Of a stretch of DNA of 64,000 bases, positions 43,181 to 53,977 are shown piece by piece. Below the pieces are notes generated by a model. The model was not told the DNA's origin and did not search any database. It worked only from the letters and a program-made list of their open reading frames with translations. Every line of letters begins with the position of its first letter. Positions within the stretch are counted from its first letter, which is position 1. The position numbers and the translations under genes were made by a program. Origin of the DNA: Octopus vulgaris (lineage: Eukaryota); the NCBI GenBank assembly GCA_951406725.2, contig OX597825.1, positions 1,798,001 through 1,862,000 on the forward strand. Reading direction: 5' to 3'.

Positions 43181-44928
43181 GCATAGTTTTTTACATTTTA
43201 TTTTTTATTCGCGGAAAGAAGGGTGCACCATGATCATATAATTCTTCAGGGCCTTAGAGATTGGTACTATGAAAAGTAGAAGACGTCCACAGGTCAAAGA
43301 TCTCTCTCCTAATAGCTAAAAGGGCTTCGCTAAAGAACCCCAAGGACGAGAGGGCAGCATTAAACCAGACAACAAATGGCATCAGCCACCCATTTATAAA
43401 ACGACAAGAATTAATTGTACCCATTGACCTTCAACAAACAGGATTTTATTACGAAACCTCAGGCGTATAATATTAAATGTTGAAATTTACTTTTACTTCA
43501 CAAATGCCACTCCTTATTGTAATCACTAGAAACTGTAATTTGCGTGCAATTGTGCCGGGGAGTGAATGGCAACAGTCGTACGAACCTCTCATCACGCTAA
43601 CCGCCATTCTAATGTATGTACTCAACTCACTCCCAAATCAAAACAAGTTTTATCAATTACTCCACACCCACTAATTACACATTAAAAAAAAAAGTATTTT
43701 AAATATACAAAAACAAAACAACAAAAACGCTAGAGTGACTGCGAGTTAGAGAGGAAGCCTGTTCATGGTTACTCGACTAGACAGGAATAATGATAGCTAC
43801 AATTTGATTAGATGACACCTGATAGTCTTAAAACACACATGGTAGATAATGCGGTTCTAGATTCCCTGTACATAGGAAACAATAGGGAGAGAACCCACCT
43901 GGGGTGTCTTTTACCACATACCTGTTCGCCCCTGAGGTCAAATCTGCGGGTTAAACAAGAAACAAGGCACCAACTAGACGGACTACTTGATAGTGTTTTG
44001 TTAGAATTATAATATTTACATTACTGTTTCGAAATGAATTGGGAGGTAAAAGTCAAGTGTGTATTAAGTTACACAAGTTTTTTATTAACAGTAAATACTC
44101 GGTGGAAGTCGGCTGGACATGAAAATAATCGACTTTTGGTCTTGTAAACACCACTAAACTTTATTGACACAGCACAGCTGTCACTGGTTGTTCTTGTTGT
44201 TACTATTGCTGCTGCTGCCTCGATAAGTCGGCTTTGATCGAGTAGACACCTAATCGAGAAGCGTTCAAGCAATGATCATCCCATCTCGTCTTTCTGTTTC
44301 TTTTTATGTTTTTTTTTCGCTCCAAAAATGCTACACAACGTGCTACATTATACAATGTTTCCATTTTCAAGACGGTAGTGTATTATTTGAGTTAGATTTG
44401 GTTGCTATTTCATGTAAGTCAAGCGATCACGTTAGCTCGATAAGGCACAGATTTTAAAAGCCGCTATGAAGCATATTCAGCTAAAATACTTACTGATAAC
44501 ATTGAATGTACTAAAATGTGGAAAAGCGAGCATTCACTTTGCAAGGTTAAGATAATAAATACATTTCTGTCAATTCTAGAATAATCAATAAGCCTTAACA
44601 AAGCCCTTTAACACTCGGGAACCCAGAACCATAAATTCATATAAATGGCAATTGTAGTATCAAATTTAATCTATGGAACTTCTTTAGAAAAGCTCGTTCT
44701 GGTTCTTCCATTTAAAATGCTGGAGACCAACCAAAGAACGGAAAGACTCAAGGAATATCATATTTTTGCAAATATTTTCAAATATATGTATATGTATATG
44801 TGTGTGTGCATATATATATATATGTGTGTGTGTGTGTATGTGTGTGTGTGTATGTATATATATATGTATATATATGTATGTATACATATGTATATAGTTA
44901 TACATAACGCATTAATACCCACACACTC

Positions 44929-45063
<135 letters not shown>

Positions 45064-45264
45064 GGCATACAAACATATACATGCATGTACATGTGTAATC
45101 AAGTGAGCGCACGCGCATTCGTATGGGTGTGTGTCTTCATTTTGTCAAAAGTTGACACAGTGTTCACGACTATCGGGTGCATAAAATTGTTTGCATCTCG
45201 TACAAGGGTCGGTTGACCTGAGTGGTGCTGATGTGAATGAAGTGATAAGTATCTTTGGATGTTA

Positions 45265-45419
45265 ATTTCGTCCATTCTGAGTTCAAACTCCGTCGAGGTC
45301 ATATTTGCCTTTCATCATTTCCGGGTCAAAAAATAAGTACCAGTTGAGTACTGGGGGTCGATTTGATCGACTTGACCCATCCTCAAAAATTCCTGGCCTT
45401 GTGCCAAAATTTGAAACCA
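45265..45419 (+). mobile_element. SINE family A, 5'-truncated
   Basis: TTCTGAGTTCAAACTCCGTCGAGGTC..TTTGCCTTTCATC...GGCCTTGTGCCAAAATTTGAAACC. Confidence 0.85.
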
Positions 45420-45757
45420 AAATTTATTTTATTTTACTTAGGCATTTTATTATAAAGTTGTAGTAAATGTTGATTTGACAAGGTGTTATTGTTAAGTAAG
45501 GTGTTTGTTCGAATAGTGTAAATAGCCTGGGACACACTTGACCTCTACTCATACATTGCATTATCTATAGGCTTAATGGAAATGTTCGGAGTATCACAAA
45601 TTATTCGTAATAACCTTTGTTCTGGTTCAACCAATGAGATTTACTTGATAGCTTTAGAAAGGGGTTAAACTTTGGAGATAGAATATTGTTCTAGTTCAAC
45701 CAGTAAATTCCTACAGCGCTAAAATTAGTTACTGTTGTGAATGGGAGATGGATGCTC

Positions 45758-45842
<85 letters not shown>

Positions 45843-45946
45843 GCTATCTATCTATCTGCTTGTCTGTTTAAAAATATATATATATACCCGAGTAAGCACA
45901 TAAAACAAGGTGGAAAACAGAGTACTCAAATACCAGTGGTAGAGTA

Positions 45947-46041
45947 ATATGTTTTATTTAAAAGCAGCAGAAATATAACAAATGTTCGTCGGACAGTTTT
46001 GTTTAACAACTTTTGTTATATTTCTGCTGCTTTTGAATAAA

Positions 46042-46047
<6 letters not shown>
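45947..46047. repeat. 36-bp inverted repeat (33/36 identity)
   Basis: ATATGTTTTATTTAAAAGCAGCAGAAATATAACAAA (45947-45982) pairs with TTTGTTATATTTCTGCTGCTTTTGAATAAAGTATAT (46012-46047). Confidence 0.9.
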
Positions 46048-46077
<30 letters not shown>

Positions 46078-46197
46078 TACATATTCATATAGAAATACAT
46101 AGTAATACCTACGAATGCACACTTAATATATGCATCTGTATAAGCATACCCCCCCCCATACACACGATAAATATCCTTCCTGCGTCATATAGACTAT

Positions 46198-46396
46198 TGG
46201 GGCTGGTTTCCTGTTTCCTGTGCTGTATATATTCTCCAACTGAACGGGACACCGGTCCGTCCCAAGATTACTCAGTTTTGTCAGGCGACTGGCCTGGAGC
46301 AACGGGAAATGAAGTGTCTTGCTCAAGAACACAACGCGTCTCCCAGTCCAGGAATCGAAACCACAATCTTAAACTAATGAGACCAACATTTTAACC
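46198..46396 (-). mobile_element. tRNA-derived SINE family D
   Basis: GGAATCGAAACC is a reverse-complemented B-box. AAGTGTCTTGCTCAAGAACACAACG is the reverse complement of the common GTGTTCTTGAGCAAGACACTT SINE core motif. Confidence 0.8.
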
Positions 46397-46532
46397 CCTA
46401 CACACACACACACACATACATATGTGTGTGTGTAGGGGTTTCCATATTTATGTATGTGTACATGTGTATATACATATATATATATATGTTTATTCTTAAG
46501 CATCGAAGATTCGGCCATTCAAGCCATAATCT

Positions 46533-46578
46533 GCAGTCTGACGATGGCTTGGACTGGCCGAAACTTCGACGTCATTGT
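46533..46578 (+). ncRNA. Type I hammerhead ribozyme (minimal, Penelope-type)
   Basis: GCAGT-CTGACGA-T-GGCT(TGGACT)GGCC-GAAA-C(TTCGAC)GT-C-ATTGT. The core boxes are intact, with stem I GCAGT/ATTGT (two G-U pairs), a 4-bp stem II, a short near-palindromic stem III and a GUC cleavage triplet. Confidence 0.75.
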
Positions 46579-46818
46579 CCAGTATATTCTTGTTTAAGAA
46601 TAAACTTGTACTCTACAAAAATATAGAGTAACCCTCCAGGTTAATATAAAATTGATTTTACTATAACTAAACATAACACACACAGGCACACTCACACACA
46701 TACATATGTAAGTGTGTGTGTTATGTTTAGTTATAGTAAAATCAATTTTATATTAACCTGGAGGGTTACTCTATATTTTTGTAGAGTACAAGTTTATTCT
46801 TAAACAAGAATATACTGG

Positions 46819-46864
46819 ACAATGACGTCGAAGTTTCGGCCAGTTCAAGCCATCGTCAGGCTGC
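46819..46864 (-). ncRNA. Type I hammerhead ribozyme, inverted copy
   Basis: Same motif on the minus strand. Stem I has a C-A mismatch next to the core (GCAGC/ATTGT). Confidence 0.6.
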
Positions 46865-47466
46865 AGATTATGGCTTGAATGGCCGAATCTTCGATGCTTA
46901 AGAATAAACATATATATATATATGTATATACACATGTACACATACATAAATATGGAAACTTTCTGCATACACATACGTTTGTATGTATGAACGAATGTAT
47001 GCATGTAAGCATATATGTATGTATGTATGTATATATGTAAGAATGTATGTATGTAAGCATGCAGTCATGTATGTATGTATGTATGTATGTATATATGCAG
47101 TTATGTCAGTATGCGATATACACTTATACTTATACTTAGCTACTTTTTTAGAATGTTAACTTTAAGTACAATAGTGAAAGTGACGAAGTGAAACAGTGAG
47201 AAGAGAGAGGGAGAGTGAATGAGTGAGAGAGAGAGAGAGAGAGAGTGAGAGAGTGAGAGAGAGTAGACATGTAGGTAAATTTGGAAATAATGATTAAAAT
47301 ATCTTTACGTAAATAGATCGAGATTAGAATGTCAACACGATTTTTTTTCTCTATAACGACATTTACTGGAGAAGTAAGAGGCATGCGTGAATGTAAAAGT
47401 TAATTAAATGAAAACAAACAGAGTGAGAGTATGAACCGACACACCACTCCTGATCACCCACACACG

Positions 47467-47524
<58 letters not shown>

Positions 47525-47859
47525 CACACACACACGCAAATGCATGTGTGTGTATATTTATGCATGTTTCTTTCTGGCTATTGATCTTCCTATCTGTCGG
47601 GCTGTTTGTTACTTTTCCGTTATGCGTATATATGTATGCGTGTGAGTGTGCATCGACGTCTATATATGTATATACGTATATACACATAGGCATACGCCTC
47701 TATATACATAGATACATATATATATATACGTATGCTTGTATTTATATATATATATATATATATATCTACATCTACATGTCTACATACACACATCCGCGCG
47801 CGCGCACACACAGACACACACATATATATATACATACATGTATACCCATCACACATAGT

Positions 47860-47901
<42 letters not shown>

Positions 47902-49061
47902 CATACAGATAGATAATATAAGTACAAAAGTGTATCCAATGTTCAGATTAACCATTTATATTTATTAATTAACATTTTTTTATTATGTATTTACATTTTT
48001 TTTTCTTTCTCTTTATATCTTATTTCCTACACAGTCCTCTAAACATTCATTCAATCACATACAGACACCAGCACATACACACCTGTATCTATGTATGTAT
48101 ATGACACAGTGGCGATGCACCAACACGCAACAAAGCTAATAAAAGAAACAGTACGTTTGGCACGCTATATGTGCGTGTTCTTGATAATTCTGGTTGTTCT
48201 TTGGCACGTTAAATGACATTCAGATTCCAAATAAGAATTAAAGAAAATCTCACCACCACCACCACCACCACCACCGCAAGCCCACCCCCCCCCCACCCCG
48301 CCAGTACAAGCAGCACCAAAACTAGCAACAATAAGCAACAGTCTTCAACGGTACTTACAGTTCCTCTAACATTCTACCATCGCTAGCATTAATACAAGAA
48401 CACGACTGTCAGCGCTGACACAAAAACATAACCACCACAGCTGACACTTAACCCCACCCCCGCTACTACGGTCACCACTAGAAACACTCCTACCTCAATA
48501 GTGACACCACTACCACTTATACCACCAATTCCAACAGAGCCGCAATTAACACACGAGCGCAATACCTGTGTTGGTGCGCGCGCGCGTATATGCATGGATA
48601 TGTACGAAAGAGTTCGACCAGAACACATGCCAATGCGCCTATGCACACACACACAAACGCCCCTACAAGGCGGACCCCCAACGTTTACCGCTTCACACAC
48701 ATTGTACCCCACACATATATAGACGACCTCCCCCCCACACACACATTACACACCGCAAGATAGCATAAACCAATACAGAAAGAAAACAAACCAACGAACC
48801 AACTACACATACCTATACTCCTGGAAACAATTATGCATATGACACCACTACACATATCACACAATGCAAACCCCCCCCCCCCCAGGAGAACCACACTTAA
48901 TAACGCACACTTACCCCACAAATACTTTTACCGGCCTTACAATGTACCCAACCAAGGCATATAACTCCTAATCTAATCCCCTGGCCCTTTTTCACATCAG
49001 CCGCAAACCTGATGTGTTAATCCACCTCCGACAATAGTGAGCAGTCGCCATGGTCCCTCGG

Positions 49062-49143
49062 CTACCTCTGATGAACGTAACGTTATATAATCGGATTGTT
49101 ACCTAACACTCCATTATATTCTTTACGAGAAACCGATAGGTAG
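49062..49143 (+). ncRNA. Type I hammerhead-like motif with very long stem II, degenerate at the cleavage site
   Basis: CTACCT-CTGATGA-A-CGTAA..ATATAAT.GGA.TGTTA CC TAACA.TCC ATTATAT..TTACG-A-GAAA-CCGAT-AGGTAG. Stem I CTACCT/AGGTAG is perfect. Confidence 0.7.
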
Positions 49144-49212
49144 GATCAGCCGTGATGGACATATAACACTGTGCATTTCAGATTATATATGCATGTATGT
49201 ATATATACGTAT

Positions 49213-49657
49213 GTGTGGCTGTGTGATAAGCAGTTTGCGTTACAGCCACTGGTTCTGGGTTCAGTCCCACTGTATAACACCTTAGAAAAGTGTCTTCTAC
49301 TCTAGCCTCGAAGTGACCAAAGCCTTCTGAGTGGAACTGGTAGACAGAAACTGAAAGAAACCCGTCGTATATATATATATGTGTGTGTGAGTGTGTGTGC
49401 GTGCGTGCATGCGTGTGTGTATGCGTGTATGTTTGTGTGTGCGTATATGTGTTTACCTTTGCCTGGGTTTGTCTCCTACCACCGTTAGACAGCCGGTGTT
49501 GGTGTTTTTATTACTACGTAACTTAGTGGTTCGGCAAAAGAGACCGGTAGAATAAATACTAGGCTTAAAAGATGACCTGGGGTCGATTAATTCAGCTAAA
49601 CATTCTTCAAGGCGATGCCTCAGCATGGCCACAGTCGAATAACTGAAACAAGTAAAA
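49213..49657 (+). mobile_element. SINE family B, full length with internal microsatellite
   Basis: GTGGCTGTGTG.TAAG head, GGTTCAGTCCCACTG B-box-like motif, AAGTGTCTTCTACT core, CCCGTCG(TA)n(TG)n, and tail CAGCATGGCCACAGTC...ACTGAAACAAGTAAAA. Confidence 0.9.
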
Positions 49658-49978
49658 CACAAGCAAAACATATAGGCACGACTGCTTAGACACTGACACA
49701 ATAATCAAATTCTCCGTAAAGAATGAATCTGATTTAAAAGGTCAACCTTGCTGAGTGTACGCAAGGGTATGTTAGGCAATATGTTGGATAAATGACAATT
49801 CCCCAGTTTTACATTTATAGGTAACAGTGTATATTATATAGTAACATGTTTAGGTAACAGCGTACGTGCCTATTCACTCCTAATGACGCAAGAAAAAGAC
49901 AGAAATCCGTATACACCATGTATACTATTGAGCCAGGGCGTTATTAGGTGTATGTATGTATGTATGTATGTATGTATG

Positions 49979-50035
<57 letters not shown>

Positions 50036-50331
50036 ATCTGTGTGTGTGTGTGTGTGTGTATTTGTGTGTTACAGAAAGTTTTGAATTACATATCAGCCGA
50101 AATACCAATCAATATTTATTCGAATGTTAGGTTCGTCTCTCCCGTTTCTACAATTACATAATTCAAGGAACGATAGAAATAGTATTCAAATTCCAACTAA
50201 TAAATACACGCACACACACACACAGAGTGCGGTGGATATATTGTCGTCTAAATTATTCAGAAATCGAAACAGCACTGGCATCTCATTTTAACAGACATAT
50301 CTACCAAAATTACATAAAATATCTTGAAATT

Positions 50332-50730
50332 AGGCGGAGTGGCGCGTGGTAAGTAGCTTGCTTACGAACCACATGGTTCCGGGTTCAATACCACTGCGTG
50401 GCACCTTGGGCAAGTGTCTTCTACTATTGCCTCGGGCCGACCAAAGCCTTCTGAGTGGATTTGGTATACGGAAACTGAAAGAAATATATATGTATATATA
50501 CATATATATGTATGTGTATACGTGTGTATGTCTGCGTTTGTAGCCCCAACATCGCTTGACAACCGATGCTGGTATGTTTACGTCCCCGTAACTTAGCAAA
50601 AGGGACCGGTAGAATAAGTACTAGGCTTACAAAGAATAAGTCCTGGGGCCGATTTGCTCGACTAAAGGCGATGTTCCAGCATGGCCACAATCAAATGACT
50701 GAAACAAGTAAAGACTAAATACAAAAGAGT
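50332..50730 (+). mobile_element. SINE family B, full length
   Basis: Same architecture, with core GCACCTTGGGCAAGTGTCTTCTAC. Confidence 0.92.
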
Positions 50731-51092
50731 AAATTTATTCAATAAAATCGCCATTGGCTTCAATCACGGCCGCCAGACGGCGTTGGAATCTCCTGCAACT
50801 CGTCTGGAGGGTCTCCCTGTTTAAGATGATGAATGCTGCCATAATCCTTATTTTCAGTTCATCTTTGGTGTTACAGGGAGTTTTGTTGCTCTTTCGCTCA
50901 ACTCCCCACTTATAATAATCAAAGGGATTGCAGTGTGGGGAGTTAGGTGGCTAGATGTTAGGGGTGATGTGGTCATAGAAATTGTCTAACAGCCATGACT
51001 CGTACAGTTCTATATTTAAGAGATGAAGAATTAGGAACATTATTTACATTATTTACAATTGACGGATATTTGTCCTCATCTTGTTTGTTGTT

Positions 51093-51138
51093 AACACAAC
51101 GTTTCGGCTGATATACCCTCCAGCCTTCATCAGGTGTC
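51093..51138 (-). ncRNA. Minimal type I hammerhead ribozyme (intact copy)
   Basis: Minus strand GACAC-CTGATGA-A-GGCTG(GAGGGTATAT)CAGCC-GAAA-CGT-T-GTGTT. Stem I is 5 bp and stem II is 5 bp. Stem III is the loop-less palindrome ACGT, which would need a dimer to form, and the cleavage triplet is GUU. Confidence 0.8.
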
Positions 51139-51335
51139 TTGGGCAAATGGCGTAGTGGTTAAGAGCACGAGCTACTAACCCCAAAATTCGGAGTTCGATT
51201 CCAGGCAGTGACCTGAATAATAATAACAATGATAATAATAATAATAACAACAACAACAACAACAACAACAACAGCAACAACAACAACATCAAAAAATACC
51301 TTAGGAATGAGAACCTTGGTTCGAAATTTCCCCAA

Positions 51336-51381
51336 GACACCTGATGAAAGCTTGAGGGTATATCAGCCGAAACGTTGTGTT
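51336..51381 (+). ncRNA. Minimal type I hammerhead ribozyme (stem II mutated)
   Basis: GACAC-CTGATGA-A-AGCTT(GAGGGTATAT)CAGCC-GAAA-CGT-T-GTGTT, with two stem II mismatches relative to the other arm. Confidence 0.65.
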
Positions 51382-51827
51382 AACAACAAACTAAATGGGG
51401 ACAAATATCCGTCAATTGTAAATAATGTAAACAATGCATCCATGACTGGGTTCTTCTGCTTGTGAGGCATGGTGCTGAGTACTGGTACGAGACATATGGT
51501 CTTCCAGCAGCCACCCTTTTGGCCCAGGGCGACACTACCTCCTCCAGGCACTTCCGCCGCAAATGCCAAGCAGTACAGCATATCGTTTCCGAATTTCTGG
51601 GAGTGTGGATTGCTTTATGGTGCTGTTTTACTCACAGACGGTGCTCAAGTAACCCTACTATACTGTGTAGTCGACAAAATCAAAAACAATATGCATGCGC
51701 TAAAATAAAAATATTTGCAAATTTATCCATAGCACCCCAGATAAAAAGATAGATAGATATATAGATATAGATATGTATCTAATAAATGTGTGCCAAGGTT
51801 TATTGATGCTGTTTATCAAACACTTAC

Positions 51828-51900
<73 letters not shown>

Positions 51901-53182
51901 CATACACATATCTACACACACACATATATATATAAACATATATACATACACTCGCGCGCGTTGTGTATTTCAGCCTGACAGTGTGTATTTGCGTGTGCTT
52001 ATAGATGTATAAAATACATACAGATATACACCTCTGCACTTCTCCGTACGTAACGTTCATCAATATGCAATGTAGCTTGTAGGTGTAGCATTTCCTCTTT
52101 TCGCTCTGTATTTACATTTACATCTGACTTTTTTTAAAATTCAGTGTGCTAACAATTCCACTTCCCTTCCAACCAATATTTTATAGTGATTCATTCTTTC
52201 ATCGTTCTGCATTTATATAAACACCTCAATAAAAGGCATCATTATATCGTAATGTATATATCATCAGAATTAACATACACTCTGCTTCTTAGCTCAAAGC
52301 TTTATCTGAACACAGCCGAACCACAGCACTCAACTGACAAAACAATGCAAAACAAACCTATCTTTTGCTACGGTTCTTTATTGTTGCATTATTTATAAAT
52401 ACATATAGGAACTAAGACATATATAATATATACATACTTTATGTACATACACACACACACACACACATATATGTATATATACATATAAAATTGTATACAT
52501 ATACCTATAGGATATATTTATAAATGCGCTTATGCATATATGTATATTCGTATATATATATACATATATTTTATATGCACATACATCCGCACATATCCAA
52601 GCACACATACACTACTAGCATACATTTACAAAATTCTATCTCCGGCACGAGCTTCTGGTAGTCAAGACATTAACAAAAGTGCATATATCTATATACATGT
52701 GATCATATATATATATATATATATGTATGTGTGTATGTATATATAAATACATACACACATATGCATATACATATATATATATAAATACATACACACATAT
52801 ACATATATATATATATATGCATGTATATATATATATATATACATAATATGTGCCGGCACACATACATAATAAGCATAAATATTTGCTCACGTATTTATCG
52901 GGAGCAGCACTTATGCTTCAGTTTTAACATTTGCAAAGACCATTCGTGTTTCCTTATTATATATCCGTTAATGTTTTGAAGAGATTCCCGATATTATCTT
53001 CCGCCAAAAATGAATATCGCATCGGTTGTTAGTGGATGCTGTTTCGTTATTGGTGACAATCAGGGGAATAACTTTCTGTCAATATCTTATTTGTAGCAAA
53101 GTTACATTTGAAATCCTCTTAGAGTAACGTCCGGTTCTTTTCAACTACCAGGAAGTAATTTAATAACAGTTTTAGTGTAGAT

Positions 53183-53234
<52 letters not shown>

Positions 53235-53324
53235 CTATCGTGGTAATGGTTGCAGTTGTAGTAGAAGAGATTTATAGATGTGTGTGTGTGTGTGCATGTG
53301 TCTTTGTTTGTATGCGTGTGTGTG

Positions 53325-53403
<79 letters not shown>

Positions 53404-53407
<4 letters not shown>

Positions 53408-53554
53408 TGGCTGTGTGGTAAGAAGCTTGCTTCCCAACCACATGGTTCAGCGTTCAGTCCCACTGCGTGGCACCTTGGGCAAGTGTCTTCTACTCTAGCC
53501 TCGGACGGACAAAGACTTTGAGTGGATTTGGCAGACGAAGACTGAAAGCCAGTC

Positions 53555-53628
<74 letters not shown>

Positions 53629-53828
53629 CTGTGTCTGTGTTTGTCACCCCAACATAGCTTGACAACCGATGTTGATGTGTTTGCGTCCGCAGTTTGGCAA
53701 AATAGACCGATAGAATAAGTACTAGGCTTATAAAGAATAAGTCCTAGGGTCGATTTGTTCGACTAATGGCGGTGCTCCCGCATGGCCACAGTCACATGAC
53801 TGAAACAAGTACAAAAAAAAGTAAAAAA

Positions 53829-53830
<2 letters not shown>
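53404..53830 (+). mobile_element. SINE family B, full length with long internal (TA)n
   Basis: Same architecture as the copy at 50332. Confidence 0.92.
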
Positions 53831-53860
<30 letters not shown>

Positions 53861-53919
53861 CGACACCCTCATTTTCTCATGGCCGCATTCAAATGACTGA
53901 AAGAAGCAAAAGAATAATA

Positions 53920-53977
<58 letters not shown>

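Larger units (their letters stand above)
46438..46959. repeat. 247-bp near-perfect inverted repeat with a hammerhead motif in each arm
   Basis: Arms 46438-46684 and 46713-46959 with a 28-bp spacer; two mismatches seen. The ORF track gives nearly identical peptides on opposite strands (46426+ and 46771-). Confidence 0.97.
51001..51436 (+). mobile_element. Composite tRNA-head/hammerhead retroelement with inverted 5' arm and TSD
   Basis: Inverted arms 51038-51143 and 51331-51436. A-box TGGCGTAGTGG at 51148-51158 and B-box GAGTTCGATTCC at 51191-51202, followed by an (AAT)n(AAC)n linker. TSD CA(G/T)CCATGACT at 50990-51000 and 51437-51447. Confidence 0.88.
50735..51556 (-). pseudogene. Tc1/mariner DD37D (maT-type) transposase fossil, split by the 51001-51436 insertion
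   Basis: Rejoined minus-strand translation: KCLEEVVSPWAKRVAAGRPYVSYQ[Y]SAPCLTSRRTQSWLLDNFYDHITPNI*PPNSPHCNPF[D]YYKWGVERKSNKTPCNTKDELKIRIMAAFIILNRETLQTSCRRFQRRLAAVIEANGDFIE*. There are 37 residues between the (mutated) second and third catalytic positions. Confidence 0.92.

Noticed and set aside
46426-47004. Twin ORFs on opposite strands with near-identical peptides
   Set aside because: A by-product of the inverted repeat; they start in microsatellite and are not protein-like.
51144-51215. Functional tRNA gene
   Set aside because: A and B boxes are present but the acceptor and anticodon stems do not pair properly; it is a SINE-type head.
53184-53231. (CAG)n tract as a poly-Q/poly-A coding repeat
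   Set aside because: Flanked by stops and other microsatellites, with no exon context.
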